From Nitratireductor sp. (GTDB lineage Bacteria > Pseudomonadota > Alphaproteobacteria > Rhizobiales > Rhizobiaceae), in contig JAGRLM010000088.1 of NCBI GenBank assembly GCA_020441795.1, forward strand, positions 930-48,529: DNA of 47,600 bases, given 5' to 3'. A model generated the notes under the pieces. It made no database searches. It saw nothing but the letters and a program-made list of their open reading frames with translations, and had not been told where the DNA came from. A program made the translations under genes and the position numbers. This document shows, in pieces, positions 34,077-43,800 of the stretch; positions within the stretch are counted from its first letter, which is position 1; each line of letters begins with the position of its first letter.

Positions 34077-35642
34077 CTATTCACCAATCATACCCACTGA
34101 GATGAGCGCCTTTGCCATCTGAATTCGTATCGCCTCATCTTCGAATGGAAAGGCTTTGAAAAACATTGCCAGGGATGCGTCGGGCCTGCGACTCTTCATT
34201 GCCCTGGCCCAGTAATCTGCTCTCCTGTCATCGCCGGAAATTTTGCATGTCATTGCAGCAATTGCCAGGATGAGAAAATGGGCACCAGGCGCGCGTGCGC
34301 CCTTTTCCGCCCAGTACATGGCAGAATCATAGTCCTTCAGGTTCAGGTATGCCAAACCACGCGCTGCCAACATTGCATAAAGGAACGGATCGAGCGGGCT
34401 GAGCTCGATCGCCTGTTCAAGCTGATTCAACGCTTCTCCACCTCGTCCGGCTATCGCGTCAGCCCAACCATGGGCATAAAAGCCATGTGCGAAATTGGGG
34501 CTAAGTTCCACCGACCGTTCGATCCACGGCATACCTGCCTCTGGATCACCCGTCAGCCAGTGAGCGCGGCCAAGCGTGAAATTTCCGAACGGATCGAGTG
34601 GATCGATCTCGACACACTTTTCAGCGAACCGGCGGGCATTACCAACTTCATCAGCGGCATCGGGAGTGTATTTCAGGAATGCCGTCTGAAAGCTGGTGAA
34701 CGATAGCGCTGCATAGGCCCTGGCAAAGCCCGGCTCCAACATGGTCGCGCGTTCAAAATGCTGCGCTGCAATCTGGTTGTCCGCCCGGTTGAACCGGTAC
34801 ATGTGCTGCAAACCCATGTGATAGATACTCCAGGCGTCAAGATTTTCCGGAGCTTTCAGGCGCGCACGTTTGGCTTCGACCAATGGCACATGCAGTTCGA
34901 GCGCCGAGATCACATGCGTAACGATCACGTTTCTGGTCTCGTCCACGTCGCTGACTGTTCCCGAGAAACGCTCGCTCCAGACGACTGCTTGACTCCGTGT
35001 ATCCGACAGCTCGACTGACACTGCGATCACGGCGCCAAATGTCTCGATAAATCCTGTGAGGCAATAATTTGCACCAAGCTCCGTGCGGATTGCAGAAAGA
35101 TCGGGATTTTCCTGCCGGAAGCGGAAGGTTGACCCCCGCGAAATCACCGTCAACCAACGCAATCGAGAAAGGCAGGAGATAAGTTCCGCCGGAATTGCAT
35201 CTGCGATGGCACCGTAAGCCTCGCAATAGCCGACCATCGCAAAGGGCAGGATGGCAATGCATGGCCGCCTCGACCCCGGCGTGACGTCTTCTTGTGAGAC
35301 CTGAACGTCAGTGCCTTGCGCAAGTGCGGAAGCAACAATTGTCAACGTACCCACAAAACGCACGCCCCTGCCGCGGATTGTTCGAATGAATTTCTGTGAA
35401 ACGCCATCATCACCCAGAGCCTTTCTGGTTGTCTTGACTACCGTGGCGATCGCAGCATCAGACACGACGTTACCGTCCCAAAGCTTTTGGACAATCTCGT
35501 CCTTCGTTACCACGCGGTCATGACTTGCCAGCAGCAATGACAGCAGTGCGAATACCCTTGGCTCGACTGCAATATCCCGCTCTCCCTCGAGAAGCAGTCC
35601 CCGATCTGTATCCAGCGTGAACGGATGAAAGCGGTAGCGCAT
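34077..35642 (-). CDS. CadC/OmpR-type winged-helix DNA-binding protein fused to a TolB-N-like plus TPR module
   Basis: N-terminal trans_reg_C-like domain (FTLDTDRGLLLEGERDIAVEPRVFALLSLLL...VRFVG), then PCIAILPFAMVG... and TPR-like repeats. ATG 35642 gives MRYRF. The ORF track starts at TTG 35669. Confidence 0.8.
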   Translation of the reverse strand: MRYRFHPFTLDTDRGLLLEGERDIAVEPRVFALLSLLLASHDRVVTKDEIVQKLWDGNVVSDAAIATVVKTTRKALGDDGVSQKFIRTIRGRGVRFVGTLTIVASALAQGTDVQVSQEDVTPGSRRPCIAILPFAMVGYCEAYGAIADAIPAELISCLSRLRWLTVISRGSTFRFRQENPDLSAIRTELGANYCLTGFIETFGAVIAVSVELSDTRSQAVVWSERFSGTVSDVDETRNVIVTHVISALELHVPLVEAKRARLKAPENLDAWSIYHMGLQHMYRFNRADNQIAAQHFERATMLEPGFARAYAALSFTSFQTAFLKYTPDAADEVGNARRFAEKCVEIDPLDPFGNFTLGRAHWLTGDPEAGMPWIERSVELSPNFAHGFYAHGWADAIAGRGGEALNQLEQAIELSPLDPFLYAMLAARGLAYLNLKDYDSAMYWAEKGARAPGAHFLILAIAAMTCKISGDDRRADYWARAMKSRRPDASLAMFFKAFPFEDEAIRIQMAKALISVGMIGE

Positions 35643-35683
35643 GATCCAACCCCAGATTCGCCCCCGCAAATCATCAGGAAAAA

Positions 35684-35700
35684 CTCAAGTTAACCTCAAG
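35684..35700. promoter_or_regulatory. Direct repeat CTCAAG-n5-CTCAAG (11-bp period) in the divergent promoter region
   Basis: CTCAAG at 35684-35689 and 35695-35700. An 11-bp phased direct repeat is the usual site geometry for OmpR/CadC-type winged-helix proteins. Confidence 0.3.
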
Positions 35701-35762
35701 CAGTGGTCCTGACTACGGTTCATAAGTTGACGACCATGCGCTTTGCAGAAGGAGAAAGAAAA

Positions 35763-36320
35763 ATGCTGAAAACCCCAAATCGTACCCGCAACCAATTTTT
35801 GACGACCATCCTTGCGGTACTTGTTTCCTGCTCGGCTACTACTTCAAGAGCAGAAACAGCAGAAGAAAAGATCGCTCGCGCCATAACGGCAGCGCCGGCA
35901 GATATTTCTGGCAAAGCAACAATCATGGATGTCGACGGCACCATCTTGCGTGCCGGAACAAATGAGTGGGTTTGCCTGCCAGGAATTGGTTTGATCCCCG
36001 GGGACAAGCACCCGATGTGCAACGATGCCGTATGGATGAAGTGGATGGCTGCCGCCTCGTCCGGCTCACCGTTCTCGACCGACGTCATCGGCGTTTCCTA
36101 CATGCTCGCTGGCGATGCGATGGTGAACAATGACAATCCCATGGCCACTGATCGCAATGATGGCGGCGTATGGGTGCAGGAGGGACCGCATATCATGCTC
36201 CTGTTTCCGGACATGAAAATGCTTGCCGATCTTCCCCGTGATCCATTTGTCGGCGGCCCCTATGTCATGTGGGGTGCAACTCCGCTTGTGCATGTGATGT
36301 TTCCGATTGAAACGAAATAA
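35763..36320 (+). CDS. Secreted protein of unknown function (185 aa)
   Basis: SD AAGGAGAAAG then ATG 35763. Signal peptide ILAVLVSCSATTSRA-ET. No motif I can assign. Confidence 0.6.
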   Translation: MLKTPNRTRNQFLTTILAVLVSCSATTSRAETAEEKIARAITAAPADISGKATIMDVDGTILRAGTNEWVCLPGIGLIPGDKHPMCNDAVWMKWMAAASSGSPFSTDVIGVSYMLAGDAMVNNDNPMATDRNDGGVWVQEGPHIMLLFPDMKMLADLPRDPFVGGPYVMWGATPLVHVMFPIETK

Positions 36321-36349
36321 GCGTCAAACAACCGGGAAAGGATTTCCTG

Positions 36350-37432
36350 ATGTCAGACGGCAGGAAAATCAGGACTACAAGCGGCCGCGGCCTGCTTTAC
36401 GACAATGTTCTGGATACCATCGGCAACACGCCCGTGATCCGCGTGAACAACATTCCCACTCACGGGTCCACGATCTATGTCAAGGCGGAAGCCTTCAATC
36501 CCGCGGGTTCGATCAAGGACCGGCTGGCAGTAAACATCATTGAGGCAGCAGAGCGTTCTGGCGAACTTGAACCCGGCCAGACGGTAGTCGAAGCGACAAG
36601 CGGCAATACGGGGATCGGGCTGGCCATGGTCTGCGCCCAGAAGGGATACCCGCTGGTCGTAACAATGGCTGACAGCTTTTCGATTGAGCGTCGCAAGCTG
36701 ATGCGGATTTTCGGGGCCAGAGTCGTGCTGACACCGCGCGACGAAAAGGGGCTGGGCATGTACCGCAAGGCAGTTGAACTGGCGCAAAAGCATGGCTGGT
36801 TTCTGGCGTCACAATTCGAAACCAATGCCAATGTTGATATCCACGAAACCACGACAGCCCGTGAAATCATTGGCGATTTCGCAGATTCGCGGCTGGACTA
36901 TGTGGTCAGCGGATATGGAACCGGTGGAACCGTGACAGGCATTGCCCGTCTGCTGCGCAAGGAACGGCCACAGACAAGGATTATTCTTGCCGAGCCCGCC
37001 AATGCGCAACTGCTCGGCAGCCAACGTCCGCAGCAGCGAGCCGCCAATGGTGCACCCACAGCTAGCCATCCCGCATTCGAACCACATCCCATTCAAGGAT
37101 GGACGCCGGATTTCATCCCGGCCATACTCCAGGAGGCAATTGATGGAAAATATTATGACGAGTTGATACCGATTGCGGGGGTCGAGGGTATCAGGCAAGC
37201 CCGGGAACTTGCCATGAAGGAAGGCATCCTTACCGGCATTTCAGGCGGATCGACATTCGCGGTTTCGCTGAAGATAGCGCAGAACGCCCCCCAGGGATCC
37301 GTAATCCTGTGCATGCTTCCCGACACCGGAGAACGGTATCTGTCGACGCCACTTTTCGAAAATATCGTCGAGACCATGGACGACGAAGAACTGGCAATCT
37401 CACGTTCCACACCTGGCGCGCAGATGGGTTGA
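36350..37432 (+). CDS. PLP-dependent beta-substituting enzyme of the CysK/CysM/CBS fold (cysteine-synthase-like), 360 aa
   Basis: PLP-lysine motif NPAGSIKDR and TSGNTGIGLA loop. Compared with canonical CysK it has an inserted segment (LGSQRPQQRAANGAPTASHPAFEPHPIQGWTPDF) and a C-terminal tail. Confidence 0.85.
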   Translation: MSDGRKIRTTSGRGLLYDNVLDTIGNTPVIRVNNIPTHGSTIYVKAEAFNPAGSIKDRLAVNIIEAAERSGELEPGQTVVEATSGNTGIGLAMVCAQKGYPLVVTMADSFSIERRKLMRIFGARVVLTPRDEKGLGMYRKAVELAQKHGWFLASQFETNANVDIHETTTAREIIGDFADSRLDYVVSGYGTGGTVTGIARLLRKERPQTRIILAEPANAQLLGSQRPQQRAANGAPTASHPAFEPHPIQGWTPDFIPAILQEAIDGKYYDELIPIAGVEGIRQARELAMKEGILTGISGGSTFAVSLKIAQNAPQGSVILCMLPDTGERYLSTPLFENIVETMDDEELAISRSTPGAQMG

Positions 37433-37443
37433 ACAGATAACTC

Positions 37444-38880
37444 ATGAACGTATTGGAAACAGCATGCCGCCGGGCGATCGCCTACAGGTTGTCGATTGGC
37501 AATCGCAAGGTCAGGCCGGAGCGAAGCTATGCGCAGATGCGCCTCGACTTTGCCGAACCGCTACCAGAGAACGGCAGCCCCGACGAAGCAGTGATAAAAC
37601 AACTGGCAGACCTAGGTGAGGCTGGCCTGATGCAGGTCGTGCATCCGGGGTTTTTTGGATGGGTAATGGGTGCTTCCTCACCCGTCAGCGTGGCCGCAGA
37701 CTGGCTGGTTTCCGCATGGGGGCAAAATGCGGCAATGCATCACTCGTCACCCACTGCTGCTGCTGTCGAGGAAACTGCGGCGGGCTGGCTGACCGAAATT
37801 CTTGACCTGCCGCGAGAATCTGCCGTCGGATTTGTCAGCGGTGGAACCCTTGCGAGCTTTACGGCGCTGGCAGCAGCGCGCGGCGAGCTTTTGCGACGTA
37901 TCGGCTGGGATTGCGAGGCGTTTGGGCTGTTTGGTGCGCCGCCAATTCATGTGTTTGTGGGCGAAGATGTGCATACCTCGGTATTGTCATCGCTACGCTA
38001 TCTGGGTTTTGGCGCTCAAAGGCTCATTCGGGTGGAAACTGACGACCAAGGGCGAATGCGAGGGGAGGATCTCGCACGAAGCTGCGCATCGGTCTGTGGA
38101 CAGAAACTGATCATCGCCCAGGCTGGGCAGATCAATACCGGCGCCTTTGATCCGTTCTTGCAACTGGCAGAGATTGCCCGCGAGGTGGGTGCCTGGCTGC
38201 ATGTGGACGGCGCATTTGGCCTTTGGGCCCGGGCAGACCCGCAATTGCGCGCGATGACCGAAGGCGTTGAGATGGCCGATTCGTGGGTGGTGGATGGGCA
38301 CAAATGGCTGCAAGTGCCATTTGATTCCGGATACGCGATTGTCCGGGATGCGGCGGCACTACAAAGCTCCATGGCGACCAGAGCCAGCTACCTGCCAACG
38401 CAGGACATGAATGACCGGGTTCCTTCCTACCTTGTCCCCGAATTGTCCCGTCGCGCCCGTGGTTTGCCCACCTGGGCTGCGCTGAAGTCCCTCGGGCGGG
38501 CTGGCGTTGTTCGCATGGTTCGTCGTCATTGCGACCTCGCGCGTCAGATTGCCCATGATCTGGGTTCGGTTGCAGGCATTCGGGTAATGAATGATGTTGT
38601 GCTAAACCAGATCATTCTTCGCTTCGGGGAAGACAGCGACAGTGTCGAGGCGCGAAAGTCCCTGGCCACCGCGGTGATCGATCTTCTGGTCGATGAAGGC
38701 CAGATTTATGTCGGCGGGGCGCTGTGGCGAGGCGAATGGGTCATGCGGATTTCGGTTATTTCAGCTGACATCACTGAAAAGGATGCAAAAGCTGCCTCGC
38801 AGGCTATAGTGTCTGCTTGGGCGCGCATTTCTGCATCCTTGTCCGAAGACGAGCGCTCGACAGGACTTTCAGGAAGATGA
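37444..38880 (+). CDS. Group II PLP-dependent amino-acid decarboxylase
   Basis: Fold-type I features with PLP-lysine motif VVDGHKWLQVP. The N-terminal region is typical of the DDC/GAD/DABA-decarboxylase family. Confidence 0.85.
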   Translation: MNVLETACRRAIAYRLSIGNRKVRPERSYAQMRLDFAEPLPENGSPDEAVIKQLADLGEAGLMQVVHPGFFGWVMGASSPVSVAADWLVSAWGQNAAMHHSSPTAAAVEETAAGWLTEILDLPRESAVGFVSGGTLASFTALAAARGELLRRIGWDCEAFGLFGAPPIHVFVGEDVHTSVLSSLRYLGFGAQRLIRVETDDQGRMRGEDLARSCASVCGQKLIIAQAGQINTGAFDPFLQLAEIAREVGAWLHVDGAFGLWARADPQLRAMTEGVEMADSWVVDGHKWLQVPFDSGYAIVRDAAALQSSMATRASYLPTQDMNDRVPSYLVPELSRRARGLPTWAALKSLGRAGVVRMVRRHCDLARQIAHDLGSVAGIRVMNDVVLNQIILRFGEDSDSVEARKSLATAVIDLLVDEGQIYVGGALWRGEWVMRISVISADITEKDAKAASQAIVSAWARISASLSEDERSTGLSGR

Positions 38881-38884
38881 CTTC

Positions 38885-40636
38885 ATGGCGACTGAGAGAG
38901 CTAAAAGGCAACTGGCAGCGATCGTGTCCATAGATGTCACGGGCTTCTCCCGATTGATGGGGGCTGATGAAGAAGGCACCCTTGCCAGCCTGAAGAAACT
39001 GCACAAGACCATTATTGCGCCCCAGGTTTCCAGGCACCATGGCCGGATCGTCAAACTGATGGGGGATGGTGCAATCGTATTGTTTTCCAGTGTGGTTGAT
39101 GCGGTTGCATCAGCAATGGAAATTCAGCGGGAAATGCCCGCCTTCAATGAAAAGGTGATACCCGAAAAGAAACTGGCACTTCGCGTAGGGATCAACATGG
39201 GCGACGTGATCCTTGAGGGCAAGGATGTCTTCGGGGATGGCGTAAATGTTGCGGCTCGCATACAGGAAGTCTGTACGCCCGGAGGTGTAGCGCTTAGCGG
39301 CACTGCATATGAACATGTTGCTGGAAAGATAGAAGCGGATTTCACGGACGCAGGCGAACGCGAGTTGAAGAACATAACCCGCAAGGTTCGCATATTCCGT
39401 TGGACCAACACGCATGTTGCAGCCCAGTCACGAAATCTGGCCCTTCCCGACAAGCCCTCGATAGCGATCCTGCCATTCGACAACATGTCCAGTGATCCTG
39501 ACCAGGAATACTTCGCTGACGGCGTCGTGGAGGGGCTGACGGCAGCCCTTTCGCGAATCCGGTCCTTTTTCGTGATCGCCCGAAATTCAGCCTTTGCCTA
39601 CAAGGGCCGCCATATGAACGTGATCGATATCGGCCGCGAACTGGGCGTTGGTTATGTGCTGGAAGGTTCGGTTCAGCGTGCTGGTGGGCAACTGCGAATT
39701 ACAGTGCAGCTGATCGAAACGACCGGTGGGGCCCACTTGTGGGCCGAGAAATACGATGGCAAGGATACCGAGCTTTTCGATCTGCAGGACCGGATTACCG
39801 AGCAGGTTGCAGGTGCGATGCAGCCTTCCATTCAAAAGGCGGAAATCGAGCGCGCGATGCGCAAGAGACCGCATGACATGGGGGCTTATGACTATGCAAT
39901 GCGCGCCATTGGCCACGTCTGGCTTCAAGACAAGGTCCAATCATCAACAGCGCTTGGTCTTTTGAACCAGGCGCTCGAAATTGACCCCGACTATCCATTG
40001 GCGTTGGCGCTGTCAGCGTGGTGCTGGGCGCAACATTCGGTCTACAATTGGTCTGAGGATATAGAGGCTGCAAAAACAAGGGCGCTCGCGCTTGCCGAAA
40101 AGGCTGCCGGGCTGTCTTCCGATGACCCATTGATCCTTTCCGTTCTGGGTGTCGTACACACCTTCGCACGCAATTACGGAACTGCAAGAATCCTGCTGGA
40201 ACGTGCAATCAAGCTTGATCCCAATTCTGCCTGGGCGCTAAGCAGATTGGGTTGGCTGGAGGTTTACGCGGACAAGCCGGAGGCGGCTTTCCAGCACTTC
40301 GAACATGCCATGCGCCTAAGTCCGCTCGACCCCATGAACTTCAACAATCTCGTTGGGATAGCCAGCGCACACCAGGTTGCCGGTGACTACGCAACCGCAT
40401 CCGATCTCTTTCAACGTGCATTGCTGGAAAGGCCCAACGCTCACTGGATCCACCGCAACCTTGCGCCAGCACTGCTGGCAGCCGGTCGCGTGGAAGAGGC
40501 GGAGGCGTCCAGGGATGCAATGATGAAGGCTTATCCGGGAATGACTACAAAACGGTACCGGGAAGCAATGGTCTTTTCACCTGCCGCCCTGGAAAAAATT
40601 ACGGCCTACATGCTAAAACTCGGAATTCCACAATAG
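38885..40636 (+). CDS. Class III adenylate/guanylate cyclase fused to a TolB-N-like plus TPR module
   Basis: Cyclase motifs SIDVTGFSRLM, KLMGDGAIVLF, RVGINMGDV and GDGVNVAARIQ, followed by PSIAILPFDNMSSDPDQEYFADG... and TPR repeats. Confidence 0.85.
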   Translation: MATERAKRQLAAIVSIDVTGFSRLMGADEEGTLASLKKLHKTIIAPQVSRHHGRIVKLMGDGAIVLFSSVVDAVASAMEIQREMPAFNEKVIPEKKLALRVGINMGDVILEGKDVFGDGVNVAARIQEVCTPGGVALSGTAYEHVAGKIEADFTDAGERELKNITRKVRIFRWTNTHVAAQSRNLALPDKPSIAILPFDNMSSDPDQEYFADGVVEGLTAALSRIRSFFVIARNSAFAYKGRHMNVIDIGRELGVGYVLEGSVQRAGGQLRITVQLIETTGGAHLWAEKYDGKDTELFDLQDRITEQVAGAMQPSIQKAEIERAMRKRPHDMGAYDYAMRAIGHVWLQDKVQSSTALGLLNQALEIDPDYPLALALSAWCWAQHSVYNWSEDIEAAKTRALALAEKAAGLSSDDPLILSVLGVVHTFARNYGTARILLERAIKLDPNSAWALSRLGWLEVYADKPEAAFQHFEHAMRLSPLDPMNFNNLVGIASAHQVAGDYATASDLFQRALLERPNAHWIHRNLAPALLAAGRVEEAEASRDAMMKAYPGMTTKRYREAMVFSPAALEKITAYMLKLGIPQ

Positions 40637-40733
40637 CATCAACCACATTGTTGAGCCGGACACACCGGTTACCCTTTTTGCGCGCCATTGGACTGGATGC
40701 CCGGACAATCCCCGGATCAGCCTTCCTGCCGTT

Positions 40734-41417
40734 TCAAGTTGCAAGAAACGACACGATCCGGTCGACCCCGCGTTGCATATGGCTGTCGATCTCGCAGAGC
40801 ATTGCCGAAAGGTCATCACCGCAGGCCAGGCTCAGATAGCGCTCATGGGCATCCGGCACCGCAGCATGGCGCCCATGGGCACGTTGGTGAACGGCCAGAT
40901 AAAGCTGCATGCGGCTCGCAATGCGCTGCCAGCTTTCGAGCAACATCTTGTGCCCGCATTCCTCGTAAACCAGCGAGTGAAACCGGATCTCCGCCTCGCT
41001 GGATATAACCCGGTCACCAAGCAGGGATGCCGCCATGAGGGCAGCGTGACGCTGCTCCAGTTCGCGTCTGAATTTTTCGGTTCGCTTGTCCCATATTTCC
41101 TCGAAGGCCAGGCGTTCGAGCGCTGTCCTCAACGTATAGATCTCGCGAACTTCGGAATTGGAGAGCTTCAGGACGCGGGTTCCCTTGTAGGGAACCGTCA
41201 CTATCAGGCCCTCGAGCGCAAGTTGCGCCATTGCCTCGCGCAACGGGCCGCGGCTGATACCAAACCGTGTAGCCAGTTCCGTCTCGGTGATCTGACTGCC
41301 ACCCTCGAACTCTCCGCTGATGATCGCGCCGCGCAACCTGGTGACCACCTGGCTGCTGAAGGTCTCGCGCCTGATGGGAACAATTGTCCGGGTTGCCGCA
41401 TTGCCGGTCTGGTTCAT
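40734..41417 (-). CDS. GntR-family (FadR/FCD subfamily) transcriptional regulator
   Basis: wHTH ETELATRFGISRGPLREAMAQLALEGLI plus an all-helical C-terminal domain. ATG 41417 overlaps the upstream TGA (ATGA). Confidence 0.85.
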   Translation of the reverse strand: MNQTGNAATRTIVPIRRETFSSQVVTRLRGAIISGEFEGGSQITETELATRFGISRGPLREAMAQLALEGLIVTVPYKGTRVLKLSNSEVREIYTLRTALERLAFEEIWDKRTEKFRRELEQRHAALMAASLLGDRVISSEAEIRFHSLVYEECGHKMLLESWQRIASRMQLYLAVHQRAHGRHAAVPDAHERYLSLACGDDLSAMLCEIDSHMQRGVDRIVSFLAT

Positions 41418-42346
41418 GGTGCCGTTGCCGAGTTCATTTCCGGCCGCATGACCCATTCATCATATAGTTCGGCTATCCGCGCGGTCAGCGCGCCGGGCTT
41501 GCCGTTACCGATGGTCCTGCCATCTATCCTGGTCACCGGCGTCACGCCGCCAAGCGTGCCGGTGACAAAAGCCTCGTTGGCAAAGTAGGTTTCGGCAAGG
41601 GTGAAGTCTTTCTCGCAAACGGTCCCGCCTGCCGCCGCCCACGCATTGATGACGGCGCGTTGTGTCAGCCCCTTGAACGAGAAGGCGCCGGTTGATGTCC
41701 ACAACTCATTGCCCCGGACAATGAAGAAATTGGTCGAATTGCAACTGGCCACGAAGCCGCGCGGGTCCAGCATCAGCGCTTCGTCGGCGCCGGCATGGAT
41801 CGCCTGTATAAGCGCCTGAATGAGGTTCAGCCTGCTATGCGAGTTTAGTCGCAGGTCGAATATGTCCGGTCCACTGGTCCTGAACGTCGATGTGAACAGC
41901 GACAGGCCCTTCTGTTTCGATTCAGGCTTCGGTGCCTTGTATTCTGCAACGATCACCAGCGTCGCCTTGCCGATCACGAAGCGCGGATCCTGATTCGGCG
42001 TACTCTTGCGGCCACGGGTCATCATGAGGCGGATATGCGCGCCGTCTGTCATTCCGTTGGCGTCAAGGGTTTCGTCAATGGCCTGCCTGATCTCGTCCCG
42101 GCTTCGTCCCAGGTCGAGATCAATGGACTTTGCCCCTTCCTCGAGCCTGTCGAGATGGGCATCAAGTTGAATGATGCGGCCTTTCTTGAGCCGCAAACCT
42201 TCCCAGATTCCATCGCCAAGAACGAACCCGCTGTCGAAGATGGAGACCGTTGCCTTGTCGCGGGGAACCAGCGCGCCATCGACATAGACAAGTACGTTCT
42301 CATTGCGTGGATCGGGCAGGTAGCCCTGGGCACTTTGGGTATTCAT
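41414..42346 (-). CDS. Fold-type IV (class IV) aminotransferase, BCAT/D-amino-acid/(R)-amine transaminase group
   Basis: Family-typical SIFDSGFVLGDGIWEGLR, EALMLD, CNSTNFFIV and EAFVTGTLGGVTPV. ATG 42346 gives MNTQSA. The ORF track extends to 42508. Confidence 0.85.
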   Translation of the reverse strand: MNTQSAQGYLPDPRNENVLVYVDGALVPRDKATVSIFDSGFVLGDGIWEGLRLKKGRIIQLDAHLDRLEEGAKSIDLDLGRSRDEIRQAIDETLDANGMTDGAHIRLMMTRGRKSTPNQDPRFVIGKATLVIVAEYKAPKPESKQKGLSLFTSTFRTSGPDIFDLRLNSHSRLNLIQALIQAIHAGADEALMLDPRGFVASCNSTNFFIVRGNELWTSTGAFSFKGLTQRAVINAWAAAGGTVCEKDFTLAETYFANEAFVTGTLGGVTPVTRIDGRTIGNGKPGALTARIAELYDEWVMRPEMNSATAP

Positions 42347-42359
42347 GATCTCACTTTTC

Positions 42360-43142
42360 CTAGAATTGAAAGCGCTGATGTTCGGCGAGAAATTGTTGGG
42401 TAATCGGCTTTTTCGGGTTCTTGAGTATCTCGTCAGGCGTTCCCGATTCGTATATGCCGCGCTCGGCCAGAAACAGGATACGCGTCGATACATGGTAGGC
42501 AAAACCAATCTCGTGGGTCACAAGAAGCATGGTGCGGCCTTCCCTGGCAAGTTGCTCGATCACGCCGAGAACTTCACCGACCAGTGCGGGGTCGAGAGCG
42601 GAGGTCGGCTCGTCGAAGAGCAGAATTTCCGGATCCATCGCCAGCGTACGGGCAATCGCCACGCGCTGCTTCTGGCCGCCTGAAAGTCTTGAAGGATAGG
42701 CATCCGCCTTGTCGGCGAGGCCGACCCGCTGCAACTCGGCCAGGGCCCGCTCGCGTGCCTTGGCGGGGGCAACACCGCGCACCGTTACCAGGCCTTCGGC
42801 AACATTGCCTGCAACCGTCATGTGCGGAAACAGGTTGAACTGCTGGAACACCATGCCGACTCGCTGGCGAAGCGTCCGCAGATCACGTTCGCGATAGCGC
42901 GCCTTGCCTGTTCGCTGCGGATTGCCGATGATTTCTCCCCCGATCTCGAGTGTTCCGGTGTCGGGTGTTTCCAGAAGATTTATACAGCGCAGGAGTGTGC
43001 TCTTGCCTGACCCGGAAGCGCCAAGGATGGAGATCCGGTCGCCGGGTTGGACATCCAGATTGACGCCGGAAAAGACCTGGTTTTCGTCAAAGGATTTGGC
43101 AAAATTCTTCAGGCTGAGGAGCGGTGCTGTCATGTCAGTCAC
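42360..43142 (-). CDS. Polar amino-acid ABC transporter ATP-binding protein (GlnQ/HisP-like)
   Basis: Walker A GASGSGKST, signature LSGGQKQRVAIARTL, Walker B LLFDEPTSALD. Confidence 0.9.
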   Translation of the reverse strand: MTDMTAPLLSLKNFAKSFDENQVFSGVNLDVQPGDRISILGASGSGKSTLLRCINLLETPDTGTLEIGGEIIGNPQRTGKARYRERDLRTLRQRVGMVFQQFNLFPHMTVAGNVAEGLVTVRGVAPAKARERALAELQRVGLADKADAYPSRLSGGQKQRVAIARTLAMDPEILLFDEPTSALDPALVGEVLGVIEQLAREGRTMLLVTHEIGFAYHVSTRILFLAERGIYESGTPDEILKNPKKPITQQFLAEHQRFQF

Positions 43143-43800
43143 TCCGCGCCATGCGGCGCTCCATGGCGTAGGTCACACGCACGATCGGATAAAGAATGCA
43201 AAGGAAGATGATCGCGATCACGGTGTAGACCTCCAGGGGATTGAAGTTGAGTGACGCAACAAGCTTGCCTTGCTGGAGCAGTTCGACATAAGCCACTACC
43301 GAGGCTAGGGTCGACATCTTGAATATCTCGACACCGCGATTGGTCAGTGCCGGCAGGATGCGCCGAATGGCCTGCGGCAGGATGATGCGCCGCAGGGACT
43401 GCTGCGCCGACATGCCAATTGCCTTGGCAGCTTCCCATTGTCCGGGCTCGATCGATTGTATGCCACCGCGAAAGATTTCAGCCGAGTAGGCGGCCGAATT
43501 GAGCGAGATACCCAGTACGGCTGCCGTGAATGGTCCGATCTCGATCGGCATGAGGATGGGCAAGGCGTAGTAGAACCACAGGATCTGGACCAGGACAGGT
43601 GTGTTGCGGAAGAACTCGACAAACAATGTCGATGCCCAGCGAACAGGTCGAATTGCAGAGCGACGGCCCAACGCCACGAACAGGCCAAGGCTCATCCCGA
43701 CAATCAGGCAGACGACAAACAGCTTGAGCGTGCCGGAAACGCCAACGGCAAGTGCCCACCAATTGTCGAAGACCGGCTGGAAGTTCCATTGATAGGTCAT
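43135..43800 (-). CDS. Polar amino-acid ABC permease (HisM/GlnP-like)
   Basis: 5-TM permease with an EAA-type loop (EAAKAIGMSAQQSLRRIILPQA). Overlaps neighbouring genes by 8 and 4 nt. Confidence 0.9.
   Translation of the reverse strand: MTYQWNFQPVFDNWWALAVGVSGTLKLFVVCLIVGMSLGLFVALGRRSAIRPVRWASTLFVEFFRNTPVLVQILWFYYALPILMPIEIGPFTAAVLGISLNSAAYSAEIFRGGIQSIEPGQWEAAKAIGMSAQQSLRRIILPQAIRRILPALTNRGVEIFKMSTLASVVAYVELLQQGKLVASLNFNPLEVYTVIAIIFLCILYPIVRVTYAMERRMARSD

Noticed and set aside
40656-40679. Possible intrinsic terminator after the cyclase gene (CCGG-acaca-CCGG followed by a T-rich stretch).
   Set aside because: The stem is only 4 bp and the T-tract is interrupted. Too weak to annotate.
40773-41588. 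271-aa plus-strand ORF.
   Set aside because: It is antisense to the GntR regulator and the end of the aminotransferase gene.
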